Positions 19,045 to 28,678 of a DNA stretch of 61,368 bases are shown here, one piece after another. Source of the stretch: an uncultured Phycisphaerales bacterium (GTDB lineage: Bacteria > Planctomycetota > Phycisphaerae > SM23-33). Position numbers and translations under genes: made by a program. Positions within the stretch are counted from its first letter, which is position 1; every line of letters starts with the position of its first letter. The stretch spans positions 1 through 61,368 of the forward strand of contig CBDUQP010000004.1 of assembly GCA_965369385.1 (NCBI GenBank). Reading direction: 5' to 3'. The notes beneath the pieces were generated by a model. The model had not been told where the DNA came from. It searched no databases and saw nothing but the letters and a program-made list of their open reading frames with translations.

Positions 19045-20118
19045 ATGCGTTATGCCGTAATCATGGCCGGTGGCGTGGGTCAAAGACTCTGGCCGATGAG
19101 CAGGAAAAGTCGCCCCAAACAGATACTCCCCCTTATCGAGGGCAGAAGCCTTCTTGAGATAGCCGTCGAAAGGCTCAAGGGCGTATTCGGGTACGAGAAT
19201 ACCTATATCATCACAAACGCTGAGTACGCTCAGCAAATCGCCGAAAGTCTCCCGCAACTGCCTGTGGAGAACATTGTCGGCGAACCCGAAGGACGCGACA
19301 CTGCAAACGCCGTAGCCCTCGCTGCCGCCATCCTGCAAGGACGCGATCCGGACGGGACGATGGCAGTGTTCACCGCAGACCACATCATTCGCCCACAGGA
19401 GGATTTCGACAGGTGCGTGAAGCTGGCATGTGAAACGGCAGAGGCGAACGCAGACGCGCTGGTAACGTTCGGCGTAAAGCCCAACTTCCCGCACACGGGG
19501 CTGGGATATATACACTGCGGCGAATCGGTCAGCAATGGCGTGTTCAAGGTAAAAGGTTTCGTGGAGAAGCCCGAACACCAGACCGCCAGACGTTACGTTG
19601 AAGGCGGCCAGCACTACTGGAACAGCGGTATGTTCGTCTGGACAGTATCGGCCATCGCAAATGCACTGAAGACACACCTGCCCGACTCGGTAGACAAGCT
19701 TGCGTGCATCACAGAAGCGGTCGCCAACTCGTCCGACTATACCGACCTGCTCGCCGAAGCCTATCCCCAACTGAAAAAAATCAGCATCGACTACGCCGTA
19801 ATGGAAAAGGCCGTGATGGTGATGATGGTGGTACTCTCCTGCGAATGGCTGGATGTGGGATCCTGGCCGGCACTGGCGGACGTGACGGATCTCGACGAGA
19901 CCGATAATGCCGTGGTGGCTGAGAATACCGTGCTCATCGACTGCACCGGAAACGTTATCGTCAGCGAAGACGATCACCTGCTGGCAGTAATGGGTATGGA
20001 CGATTGCGTAATCGTGCACAGCCCCGATGCCACGCTGATCTCCAATAAATCCGACTCCCAAAGACTCAAGGATCTCCTGACCAACATGAACAAGAAGTTC
20101 GGGCAGAAGTATTCCTGA
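19045..20118 (+). CDS. manC: Mannose-1-phosphate guanylyltransferase
   Basis: IMAGGVGQRLWPMSRKSRPKQ, EPEGRDTA, FVEKP, WNSGMF, SIDYAVMEK, WLDVGSW. Confidence 0.93.
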   Translation: MRYAVIMAGGVGQRLWPMSRKSRPKQILPLIEGRSLLEIAVERLKGVFGYENTYIITNAEYAQQIAESLPQLPVENIVGEPEGRDTANAVALAAAILQGRDPDGTMAVFTADHIIRPQEDFDRCVKLACETAEANADALVTFGVKPNFPHTGLGYIHCGESVSNGVFKVKGFVEKPEHQTARRYVEGGQHYWNSGMFVWTVSAIANALKTHLPDSVDKLACITEAVANSSDYTDLLAEAYPQLKKISIDYAVMEKAVMVMMVVLSCEWLDVGSWPALADVTDLDETDNAVVAENTVLIDCTGNVIVSEDDHLLAVMGMDDCVIVHSPDATLISNKSDSQRLKDLLTNMNKKFGQKYS

Positions 20119-20156
20119 ATATCCCAGACCTGAAATGCGATTGGCGAAGTGCAGAT

Positions 20157-20654
20157 ATGACAAAGTGGCTCGGGGTTGACTACGGAACGCAGCGGATCGG
20201 GGTGGCAGTAGGCGACACCCGCAACGCAATCGCCGGACCGCTCACCATGGTCCCTGCCACTAGCGATAAGGAAGTCTTTGCCACACTTGCCAAAATCGCA
20301 GACGAGCAAGGCGCAGAGGGCATCGTTGTCGGATGGCCTCTCAATATGGACGATACCGAAGGCCCGCAAGGCAAGCTCACACGCGAATTCGCGTCCAGAC
20401 TCGCCAAGAGCACCGGACTCGACGTGAGAATGTGGGATGAGAGGCTGACAAGTTTCGCAGCCGACCAGATGCTTGCGGGGCTCTTCACGAGAAAGAAGAA
20501 GAAGCAACGCCAGGATGCCATCGCCGCAGCGACAATCCTGCAAGACTTCTTCGCCGCCGATGGACAACTGGGTGCACCTGGACCGGATGATTTGGAACAA
20601 GTGGGTGAACCGGGCGAAGTGGACGAACCCAAGAGGCCTCAGGACGACGAATAG
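20157..20654 (+). CDS. ruvX: YqgF/RuvX pre-16S rRNA nuclease / Holliday junction resolvase-like
   Basis: LGVDYGTQRIGVAVGD, VVGWPLNMD, WDERLTS, DAIAAATILQ. Confidence 0.92.
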   Translation: MTKWLGVDYGTQRIGVAVGDTRNAIAGPLTMVPATSDKEVFATLAKIADEQGAEGIVVGWPLNMDDTEGPQGKLTREFASRLAKSTGLDVRMWDERLTSFAADQMLAGLFTRKKKKQRQDAIAAATILQDFFAADGQLGAPGPDDLEQVGEPGEVDEPKRPQDDE

Positions 20655-20697
20655 CGCCAGCAGACTCGGCCAGCAAAGATCACAAATACGCACAAAA

Positions 20698-20740
20698 CAG
20701 GCCCGCGGGCATTACTGCAACAGCAGTGCCTACGGGCCTG
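20698..20740. terminator. Hairpin between convergent genes
   Basis: CAGGCCCGCGGGCATT...AGTGCCTACGGGCCTG. Confidence 0.5.
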
Positions 20741-20777
20741 ATATATGTTTCGGTGTCAGTGTCAGATCCCTGACGGT

Positions 20778-21281
20778 CTACTCGTCTTCGCCTGCGAGTG
20801 CTTCCAACGCCGAGATCGGATCAACATCATCACTCTCTTCGCCATTTTTCGTTTCATCCAGCATCGCCAGGAAGGCGTCGTCCTCCGAGTCGTCACCTAA
20901 GGGAACGGCTGTGGCGCCCGAGAGGCTGGCGGCTTTCTCTTCGGCCATCTTCTGCCCGCGAGTTTTGACTGGTTGAATTTCCTCGGGCTTGCCATCGACC
21001 TGAACGGTAAAAACGATCGGTCCAATCACGAGTCGATCACCGGCCTGGAATTCCGCTTCGTTGACACGATCATTGTTAACGTAACTACCGTTGCTCGATG
21101 CCAGATCCTTGACCTTCACCACGTCTCCGTCGCAGATGACCTCGCAATGACGCCGAGACACACCCACCAGCGGAATCTGCAGGCTGCAACCATCACCTCT
21201 GCCGATAACAGTCGTACCTGGTCCCAACGCAAAGTCCTTGCGGTTCCCATTCGGCTTGAACCATACCAATGCAACATCCAT
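20778..21281 (-). CDS. FHA domain protein with acidic tail
   Basis: IGRG, VSRRHC, DLASSNGSYVN, GDRLVIG. Confidence 0.92.
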   Translation of the reverse strand: MDVALVWFKPNGNRKDFALGPGTTVIGRGDGCSLQIPLVGVSRRHCEVICDGDVVKVKDLASSNGSYVNNDRVNEAEFQAGDRLVIGPIVFTVQVDGKPEEIQPVKTRGQKMAEEKAASLSGATAVPLGDDSEDDAFLAMLDETKNGEESDDVDPISALEALAGEDE

Positions 21282-21415
21282 TCGTCACCTCTTCGGCTGA
21301 TCTGCACATTAAGCAATTGGGGCAACTGTCTTCCAACAATTGCCATGATACAGTATATTCTAAGCTCACAGTCCCTGCTTGCAAGGGTAAAAATTTCCTC
21401 CTCAACCGTCCCTCC

Positions 21416-22618
21416 ATGCCCAATAGAGCCCCAGAACATCCTGTTAACACTAAGGTTGCAAAGCCAGATGTCGCCTCCACAACTTTGTATGTGCATGTTC
21501 CTTTCTGCCTTGGCAAGTGCTCATATTGCGATTTCTACTCCATCGGGCACAACTCCGCCCTGGCAGATAGCTACGTCACGGCATTGCAGGCGGAATTGAA
21601 GACCAAACGCAACTGCCTCCAGACACCGCTGGTGAGCGTATTCTTCGGCGGAGGCACGCCAACTGCTCTCGATACGCCCACCCTGGCCAGGATTCTGAAA
21701 ATCGCCAATCCGCTGATAGATTCCAACACCGAGTTCAGTATAGAGGCAAACCCCGCAACTCTCGATCCGGAAAAGGTGAAAGTCATCGCTGATTCCGGAG
21801 TCAACCGCGTTAATCTCGGCGTGCAGTCATTTAACGATGACGAACTCAAAACACTAGGCCGACTTCACAACGCATCGCACGTGCTTGACACATATAACAT
21901 GTTGCGAAATGCCAACATGAATAACATTGGCTTGGACCTCATCTACGCCGCGCCAACCCAAACATTGGAAACATGGCTGACTTCGCTTGACACCGCACTT
22001 GCACTTCAGCCCGAACACCTTAGTTGCTATGCGCTTACTCTGGAAGACGGTACCCCGCTGGCCGAGCAGGTTCGCCGGGGCTCCCTCGCCGAGATGGATG
22101 AAGACATGCAGCACGCTTGCTACTACCAGGCCATCGAGCGTATCACTGCCACCGCGATGGAGCACTACGAGATATCGAACTTCGCACTACCGCACCGACG
22201 TTGCGTCCATAATCTAACATATTGGCACAACCAGAAGTATCTGGGGCTCGGCCCGGCCGCCACGAGCTACGTGGGCGGCCTGCGATGCACCAACTCGCCC
22301 AACCTGACCGCCTACATGAAGGCATTAGCTGCGGGCGAACTGCCGCCATGCACAACTGAACATCCGGACATCCGCACACAAATGGGGGAAACCGTGATGC
22401 TTGCCCTGCGTCTGACCGAGGGTATCGACTGTAACCAGTTCACCGCGCGTTTCCACATTGATATCAGAGAAGTCTTCGGCAAAACCATCGAACGGTATTG
22501 TCGCCAAAATGCACTGATCCTGAACGACCAGTATCTCCGAATCTCGCCCGATGCATTGTTCGTATCAAACGTAATACTGGGTGATATGCTGGAAGAAGCC
22601 TGCGGATCGGGCCTATAA
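21416..22618 (+). CDS. hemW: Radical SAM heme chaperone HemW (HemN-like)
   Basis: LYVHVPFCLGKCSYCDF, FFGGGTPT, IEANP, HYEISNF, HNLTYW; start position uncertain. Confidence 0.88.
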   Translation: MPNRAPEHPVNTKVAKPDVASTTLYVHVPFCLGKCSYCDFYSIGHNSALADSYVTALQAELKTKRNCLQTPLVSVFFGGGTPTALDTPTLARILKIANPLIDSNTEFSIEANPATLDPEKVKVIADSGVNRVNLGVQSFNDDELKTLGRLHNASHVLDTYNMLRNANMNNIGLDLIYAAPTQTLETWLTSLDTALALQPEHLSCYALTLEDGTPLAEQVRRGSLAEMDEDMQHACYYQAIERITATAMEHYEISNFALPHRRCVHNLTYWHNQKYLGLGPAATSYVGGLRCTNSPNLTAYMKALAAGELPPCTTEHPDIRTQMGETVMLALRLTEGIDCNQFTARFHIDIREVFGKTIERYCRQNALILNDQYLRISPDALFVSNVILGDMLEEACGSGL

Positions 22619-22697
22619 TGGGCTGACATCGTCAGACCAGCCGGCGCGGGGTTACCGCCAGCCGATATAACAAGAAAATGCCGAAAGGGTAAATCTT

Positions 22698-23840
22698 ATG
22701 ACAAGGACGCTATTCTTACCGTCAATAATCGCAGTTCTTATCCTGGCCGCTACGCATCTATCGGCAGCCGAAGCCACCACCAGCGTCACATCGCCCACCA
22801 CCAAACTGGCGACAAAGCTGATCCCACAAGAGCGGATCAAAGAGATACAGGACCTCCTGACACCCAAGACCACCCCAAAGACTCGCCAGGAGCATATAGA
22901 CATCCTGATCGCCCAGACAGGTGAAGTGGTAAAGCTGGCCAGGAAGATATGGACCGAGTACCCCGACGCTCCCAACGCAGCCCGCTTCAACCAACTCATG
23001 CTGCAGGTGGGCTCCTTCCGCAATGATCACGCCCCCAGCGAGAAGACCAGAAAAGACCTCCAGGACATCGTCAAGATAGTACTGGCCACCAAGAGCTCCG
23101 AATCCACAAAAATGATGGCGAACACTGCCCTGATGCGTCTGAAGGTGTTCACTGAGCCCGGCAAACCAGCCAAAGACGCCGCCAGTCACATTATCAAATA
23201 CGTGGACCTGTACTCAGACAACCTCAAGCTCGCCGTCAAGGCTATCGGAACGGGAGGCGTGCTCGCAAAACAGATCGGAGACAAGAAGCTCGCCGACAAG
23301 TACTTCACCATGCTCGAAAAGAAGCACGCTGGCAACCCTGCCATACTGCCCTTCCTGATCAGCGGAGGACGTTCCCCGCTGTTCACAGCCACCCTGAAGA
23401 AGCTTGACGGAACCGAACTGAACCTTCCCAGGGACCTTCTCGGAAAGGTGGTTGTCATAGATTTCTGGGCAACGTGGTGCGGGCCATGCATTCAAGCGCT
23501 TCCGCACATGAAGCAGCTCTATGCGAAGTACAAGGACAAAGGCGTGGAATTTGTGGGCATCAGCATAGACCGGCCCAACTCCCTTGAAACCGTCAAGACC
23601 TTCGTCAAGAACAACAAGCTGGATTGGATAAATACCTACTCAGGAAAGTTCTGGGAAGACCCCACCGCCCGCAAGTACGGTATTCATGGCATTCCCTCGA
23701 TTTGGGTGGTCGGTAAGGACGGGAAGCTGATCTCGGTAGATGCCCGTCAGCGGCTCCAGGTGGCGATAGAGTTCGCCCTTATCAAAGACACCAAAGCGGC
23801 CACGACGAAAGCCGCCCCAACAACCAAACCAGCGGAATAG
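22698..23840 (+). CDS. Exported TlpA-family thiol-disulfide oxidoreductase
   Basis: Signal peptide; [24 protein letters not shown]. Confidence 0.88.
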   Translation: MTRTLFLPSIIAVLILAATHLSAAEATTSVTSPTTKLATKLIPQERIKEIQDLLTPKTTPKTRQEHIDILIAQTGEVVKLARKIWTEYPDAPNAARFNQLMLQVGSFRNDHAPSEKTRKDLQDIVKIVLATKSSESTKMMANTALMRLKVFTEPGKPAKDAASHIIKYVDLYSDNLKLAVKAIGTGGVLAKQIGDKKLADKYFTMLEKKHAGNPAILPFLISGGRSPLFTATLKKLDGTELNLPRDLLGKVVVIDFWATWCGPCIQALPHMKQLYAKYKDKGVEFVGISIDRPNSLETVKTFVKNNKLDWINTYSGKFWEDPTARKYGIHGIPSIWVVGKDGKLISVDARQRLQVAIEFALIKDTKAATTKAAPTTKPAE

Positions 23841-23931
23841 TGACAACAATTCACCGTCGAACACCAATCTGCGAGGCGGATTGGCAGTGTGTCTATTGTA
23901 TTGCGACGCCGCTTTGAATAGACTCGGGGGC

Positions 23932-24336
23932 ATGTCCAGAACCATAAAACTATTGTGCCTGTTCGTGACGGTTACAACAGCCGGCTGCGGTAGCGTGAGT
24001 TTCAGCGAACGATCCTGGTGGAACGCATCCAAAGCCAAACCCGAGGCCGTCTCCAAGGCGAAACCCGCAACGCCCACTGCCAACTCCAACGCATTCGAAC
24101 CTGCAAACACACCGGCGGCCAATAGTCAATCCCATCGCATCAGACTGCTGACTGAACGCATCGAGTCCATGGATGACGAAAACCAGATGCACATGACCAG
24201 GATCCAGCAGCTCGAACAAGAGATCGCCAGACTCAAAGCCACCGAGCGACAGCTCCGCGCCAAGCTCGCTGGCAATGCCCAGCCAACCCGGCTGCCAGCA
24301 TCCAAAACCACCGCTACTGCAACCAAAGCAAAGTAG
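23932..24336 (+). CDS. Hypothetical coiled-coil lipoprotein
   Basis: MSRTIKLLCLFVTVTTAGC lipobox; heptad C-terminal half. Confidence 0.55.
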   Translation: MSRTIKLLCLFVTVTTAGCGSVSFSERSWWNASKAKPEAVSKAKPATPTANSNAFEPANTPAANSQSHRIRLLTERIESMDDENQMHMTRIQQLEQEIARLKATERQLRAKLAGNAQPTRLPASKTTATATKAK

Positions 24337-24382
24337 TACGCAACCAAAACAAACGCCGCAGACCAACGGAGTGCAAGACGCG

Positions 24383-25492
24383 ATGAGAGTTGTAGTCACA
24401 GGACAGGTCGGACTGGATAAGAAACACTTCATTAATCGTGTAGTCGAACTGGCTACACGCGCCGGACACGATCTGGCTGTGTGTAACGTCGGCGACATGA
24501 TGTACGCAGAAGCCCCAGACGTGGTCTCCGGGAGAATTCTCGACTTGCCACTATCGAGGCTCACCAACCTGCGACGAAGCGTGTTTAAGGATGTGCTCGC
24601 AACCGGCCGAGACAAGGCCAACGTCCTTGTGAACACCCACGCAACCTTCCGCTGGAAGCATGGGCTGTTCTACGCGTTCGATCACGACCAGATGCAGGAG
24701 TTCAACGCGGACATCTACATCTCGCTCGTCGACAACCTCGACACCATCCACTATCGACTCGTCCGCGATGGGCACACGGACCACACGCTGAAAGACATAA
24801 TGGTCTGGCGTGAGGAAGAGATTCTCGCCTCCGAACTGCTCAGCCAGATCGTTCGCGGCCACGGCTGCTTCTACATCATGGCTCGCGGTACCGACGATTC
24901 CACCGCACAGGCACTCGTTGACCTGATGTTCCGCCCGAAGATGAAGAAGGCCTACCTCAGTTTCCCCATGTCGCACGTGATGGGTATGAAGGATCTGCTG
25001 GCCGAGATAGACCTTTTCCGCCTGGAACTGAAGAAGCACTTCGTCTGCTTCGATCCCGGTGACCTGGAAGAAAAATATCTCTGCGACCGCGCACTGCAAG
25101 CCGCTCAGCAGGGCAAACGTATCATCGAAGCTGGCACGCCCGGCCACCGCGTAACGATGGAAACGTCCCAGATGGTGGACGTGATCGCCGATATTGACGG
25201 GCAGATCTACGCCCGCGACTTCAAGCTGATCGACCAGTCAGACATGATCATCTCGCTGATACCCGCAATGCCAGATGGCAGACCGGGGCTTTCCAGCGGA
25301 GTGGAACGCGAACTGCAACACGCCCACGAAGCCACCAAGGATGTATTCGTAATCTGGCGTCCCGAAGCGTCCCCGTCCCCCTTCGTTACCGAGACCGCAA
25401 CCAAGGTCTTCAAATCCACATCCGAAGCCATCAGGTTCTTCTTGGAAAGCGGATACGTCCCCACAGAAGACCCCGGAACACTATTCGACTAA
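24383..25492 (+). CDS. P-loop NMP-kinase-like (archaeal AdkA-like) domain fused to a nucleoside 2-deoxyribosyltransferase-like domain
   Basis: N-term VVVTGQVGLDK, NVGDMM, VNTHA, WREEE; C-term YLSFPMS, FDP, DFKLIDQSD, SSGVERELQHA. Confidence 0.65.
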   Translation: MRVVVTGQVGLDKKHFINRVVELATRAGHDLAVCNVGDMMYAEAPDVVSGRILDLPLSRLTNLRRSVFKDVLATGRDKANVLVNTHATFRWKHGLFYAFDHDQMQEFNADIYISLVDNLDTIHYRLVRDGHTDHTLKDIMVWREEEILASELLSQIVRGHGCFYIMARGTDDSTAQALVDLMFRPKMKKAYLSFPMSHVMGMKDLLAEIDLFRLELKKHFVCFDPGDLEEKYLCDRALQAAQQGKRIIEAGTPGHRVTMETSQMVDVIADIDGQIYARDFKLIDQSDMIISLIPAMPDGRPGLSSGVERELQHAHEATKDVFVIWRPEASPSPFVTETATKVFKSTSEAIRFFLESGYVPTEDPGTLFD

Positions 25493-25654
25493 CAGTCCGT
25501 TGAAAAATGGATTCCGTTGCGAGTGCGCAGGATTTCAACGAGCATCAAGGAACGAAAACGCAGTCAATCCCGTAGGATTGCCAAGTTTCGTAACGCAGAC
25601 GCGCAATTGAAAGACTCGCACGCAGCAGGAATAGCTTCTTCAACGGGCTGCTGA
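25490..25654. mobile_element. MITE-like element with ~18-bp imperfect terminal inverted repeats
   Basis: TAACAGTCCGTTGAAAAA ... TTCTTCAACGGGCTGCTGA; no ORF; left end overlaps the upstream TAA stop. Confidence 0.7.
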
Positions 25655-25789
25655 GCCCACCGAGCCAAGCAGCCCTTTCAAATGCCCAGCCGCCAGTAAC
25701 TCCAGCCTTCGGAGCGCGTACCGCGCAGGTCAGCGAACCACGAAGGGGAGCATCTCGCAATGGCTGGGCACCATCGCCGTCAACCAGCG

Positions 25790-28669
25790 TCAGGAGACAG
25801 GGGCATTCTGTGCGGGATTTACGTTTAACGGCACATTTGCCAGGGCCTGCTTCAACAGAACTGGGGCGATGGGCTTGGATACATAAGCATCCATGCCAAA
25901 GTCCAGGCACTTCTGCTCATATCCACTCATGGCATGAGCAGTCATGGCTATTATCCACATGTGGCCGCCATGTTGGCTCTCATGCTCACGAATGGCGACG
26001 GTGGCTTCGTCCCCGCCCATTTCAGGCATCTGGATATCCATCAGTATGGCATCGAATGCCCCGGCCAAGTAGGCATCGACGCCTTGACGCCCGTTCTCGG
26101 CAAGAGTGACCGAATGCCCCCACTTCTCGAGAAGTTTCACAGCCAGCTTCTGATTGACCCGATTGTCTTCAACAAGCAGTATCTCCAGTTTCCTGTCGGG
26201 TGTGTCAGAGCTGGGTGTATCGTTGTCTGCGGTACTATCAGCCTGTGTCTCACGGCCGATCGTTTCGGCAATCACACTGATCAGATCAGCCTGACTAATG
26301 GGTTTCGTCAGGTGTTTGGCAATGCCCATCTCTTTGCAGCACTTGTTCTCTTCCGGCGATCCCGCCGATGAGAGCATCATTATGGTCTCCTCCCTGTCGG
26401 AATCTCCCCTTCCTTCCATGATACTCCTGGCAAGTTGGAAGCCGTCGATGTCGGGCATGCAGACATCAAGTATGTGGAGTCCAAACGGGCGGCCTTCAGC
26501 GCGAGCACGGTAGACCAACTCCATGGCCGATTCCGCACCATCAGCAAACGAAACCGTCAATTGCAGGTTTGCCATCATGCCCTGCAGGACTCGCCGATTG
26601 GTATCGTTATCGTCCACAACAAGAATCGGTATGTCACGTACACGACTTGCCAACTGTGTGGCAAATGGTGCCACATCAGCATCCGACTCGGCAAACTTCG
26701 CGACAAAGTGGAATGTGCTTCCCAAGCCAACAACTGAATCAACCCATATCCTTCCGCCCATCATCTCGACAATCTGTTTCGAAATGGTCAGTCCAAGACC
26801 GGTACCGCCATATCGCCTTGTTGTAGAACCATCTTCCTGTTCGAAAGCGCTGAATACGCTCCCCAGAGCGTCCTTGCTGATCCCCACACCTGTATCGCGA
26901 ATACTGAAGTGAAGAGCAGTCTCCTCTGTGCCCTGATCCTCCACCCCCACGCTTACAACTATCTCTCCGGTTTGGGTGAACTTCAGAGAGTTACCGACGA
27001 GATTCACTATCACCTGTCTCAGTCGATACGGGTCTCCAACCATCATTGCCGGCACGTCAGAGGCAATATCGCATATCAGTTCGAGCCCCTTGGTCTTCGC
27101 TCGCAGCGCCATCGTACCAAGCGTGTCAGTCAGAACCTTGCGTAGATCGAAGTCGACCTCCTCCATCTCCAAACGCCCGGCCTCGATCTTTGAGAAATCC
27201 AGAATATCATCGATTATCCGCATCAAGGTATCTGCTGATTCCGAGGCAAGCGACAGGTATTCCTTCTGCTCGTCAGTAGGATTGGTTTCCAGAGCCAGAT
27301 GTGTCATGCCCATGATGCCATTCATCGGAGTTCGTATCTCGTGACTCATCCTTGCCAGGAACTCGCTCTTGGCCCGACTTGCAGTCTCGGCGGCTTCCAC
27401 AGCCACCTGCAGCTCGGCCGTGCGATCATCCACAAGTCGCTCCAAGCCGTCTCGATGCTCTCGCAGTTCCATGTCGGCCTGTTTGGCGGCGGTGATGTCC
27501 CGGAAATACCATACGCGGCCCAAGTATTCGTCATTGGCCCCGATCATCGGCGAGGAGTAGCGGTCAAGTATCCGGCCGTCAGAAAGCTCCACTTCTTCAC
27601 GAGTCCGTTCATGCTCATTCTCGTATATCTGTTGAACTCTAGACAAGAACTCATCAGGATCCTTGAGCTGCAACTTAATGCTGTCCAGCAGTTCTTGATC
27701 CGTCAGTTCTTCAGCATGCTCGACAGGCACATGCCATATCTCGCAAAATGGCCTATTGCATGAAATCACCCCGCCGCGTCTATCGACAACAAGTATCCCG
27801 TCGATTGCCACTTCCTGTTGCGTTGTCAGGATGGTGTTCCTGAATCTGAGGGCCTTTTCGCGTCCCTGGATTGCGTCAGCCATATCGTTGTATGCATTTG
27901 ACAAATCCGCGAGTTCATCTTTTCCTACGTCATTGCAGCGAACTGCCAGATCGCCGGCCGCCATTCTTGACGTGGCTCGGGAAAGCTCGCTCAGCGGTCT
28001 CAGGCTCCTGCAAACTGTGAAGTAGATCAGTGCCGCCAGCAAAACCGAACATCCTCCTGCCAGAGCAGCCAGGAATCGGGTTTCCGCCTTCACTGCTGAA
28101 TGCACCAGTGCCACCGGAATCCCGACCCGGAATTGCCCCCACCGCCTTCCCTTCACGATGATGGGCGAGGAGAATTCAAAGTAGCGGCAACCATCTGCAC
28201 CCGTCAGCACAACAGGTTTAGTGTGGTCGCGTTTGGTAGTCCCGTCACATACCGCCAGAGCTTCCGTCTTGAGCTTGCTCAACTCGGGATCAGTATGGAC
28301 CGGAGTGTAGCCATCGTTATTGGTGGCACAGGCATAGTAGATCGGATCAGCATCCAGGAAGGACTCCTGAATTGTTTTCAGATTCCGATCGAAGTAGTAA
28401 TCATATTCCGTGTGATACCTAAGAGTCGAGGCCCCACGAATCGGAACATACTGGGATGCAAATATCTGCTCGGTCGTAAATATCCCATTAGCGACCGCCT
28501 TCTCTATCACATAGGCAGTCATCTGCGCGCCAAGCAACGCATTCTGTCTGCCCTGCTCGGCGTAGTCGCGTGTAATCGTGCTATACATCTGATAGCCGAC
28601 TCCAACCACGAGGAAAATCGACGACAGCAGAAGTCCGCCCAACAAGATAAATGTGATTCTCTTGGCCAT
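25790..28669 (-). CDS. Hybrid sensor histidine kinase (periplasmic sensor-HAMP-PAS-HisKA-HATPase-REC-REC)
   Basis: FLARMSHEIRTPMNG, NLVGNSLKFT, DTGVGI, GGTGLGL, two receiver domains (LDVCMP, MDIQMP). Confidence 0.96.
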   Translation of the reverse strand: MAKRITFILLGGLLLSSIFLVVGVGYQMYSTITRDYAEQGRQNALLGAQMTAYVIEKAVANGIFTTEQIFASQYVPIRGASTLRYHTEYDYYFDRNLKTIQESFLDADPIYYACATNNDGYTPVHTDPELSKLKTEALAVCDGTTKRDHTKPVVLTGADGCRYFEFSSPIIVKGRRWGQFRVGIPVALVHSAVKAETRFLAALAGGCSVLLAALIYFTVCRSLRPLSELSRATSRMAAGDLAVRCNDVGKDELADLSNAYNDMADAIQGREKALRFRNTILTTQQEVAIDGILVVDRRGGVISCNRPFCEIWHVPVEHAEELTDQELLDSIKLQLKDPDEFLSRVQQIYENEHERTREEVELSDGRILDRYSSPMIGANDEYLGRVWYFRDITAAKQADMELREHRDGLERLVDDRTAELQVAVEAAETASRAKSEFLARMSHEIRTPMNGIMGMTHLALETNPTDEQKEYLSLASESADTLMRIIDDILDFSKIEAGRLEMEEVDFDLRKVLTDTLGTMALRAKTKGLELICDIASDVPAMMVGDPYRLRQVIVNLVGNSLKFTQTGEIVVSVGVEDQGTEETALHFSIRDTGVGISKDALGSVFSAFEQEDGSTTRRYGGTGLGLTISKQIVEMMGGRIWVDSVVGLGSTFHFVAKFAESDADVAPFATQLASRVRDIPILVVDDNDTNRRVLQGMMANLQLTVSFADGAESAMELVYRARAEGRPFGLHILDVCMPDIDGFQLARSIMEGRGDSDREETIMMLSSAGSPEENKCCKEMGIAKHLTKPISQADLISVIAETIGRETQADSTADNDTPSSDTPDRKLEILLVEDNRVNQKLAVKLLEKWGHSVTLAENGRQGVDAYLAGAFDAILMDIQMPEMGGDEATVAIREHESQHGGHMWIIAMTAHAMSGYEQKCLDFGMDAYVSKPIAPVLLKQALANVPLNVNPAQNAPVS

Positions 28670-28678
28670 GTTATTGCT

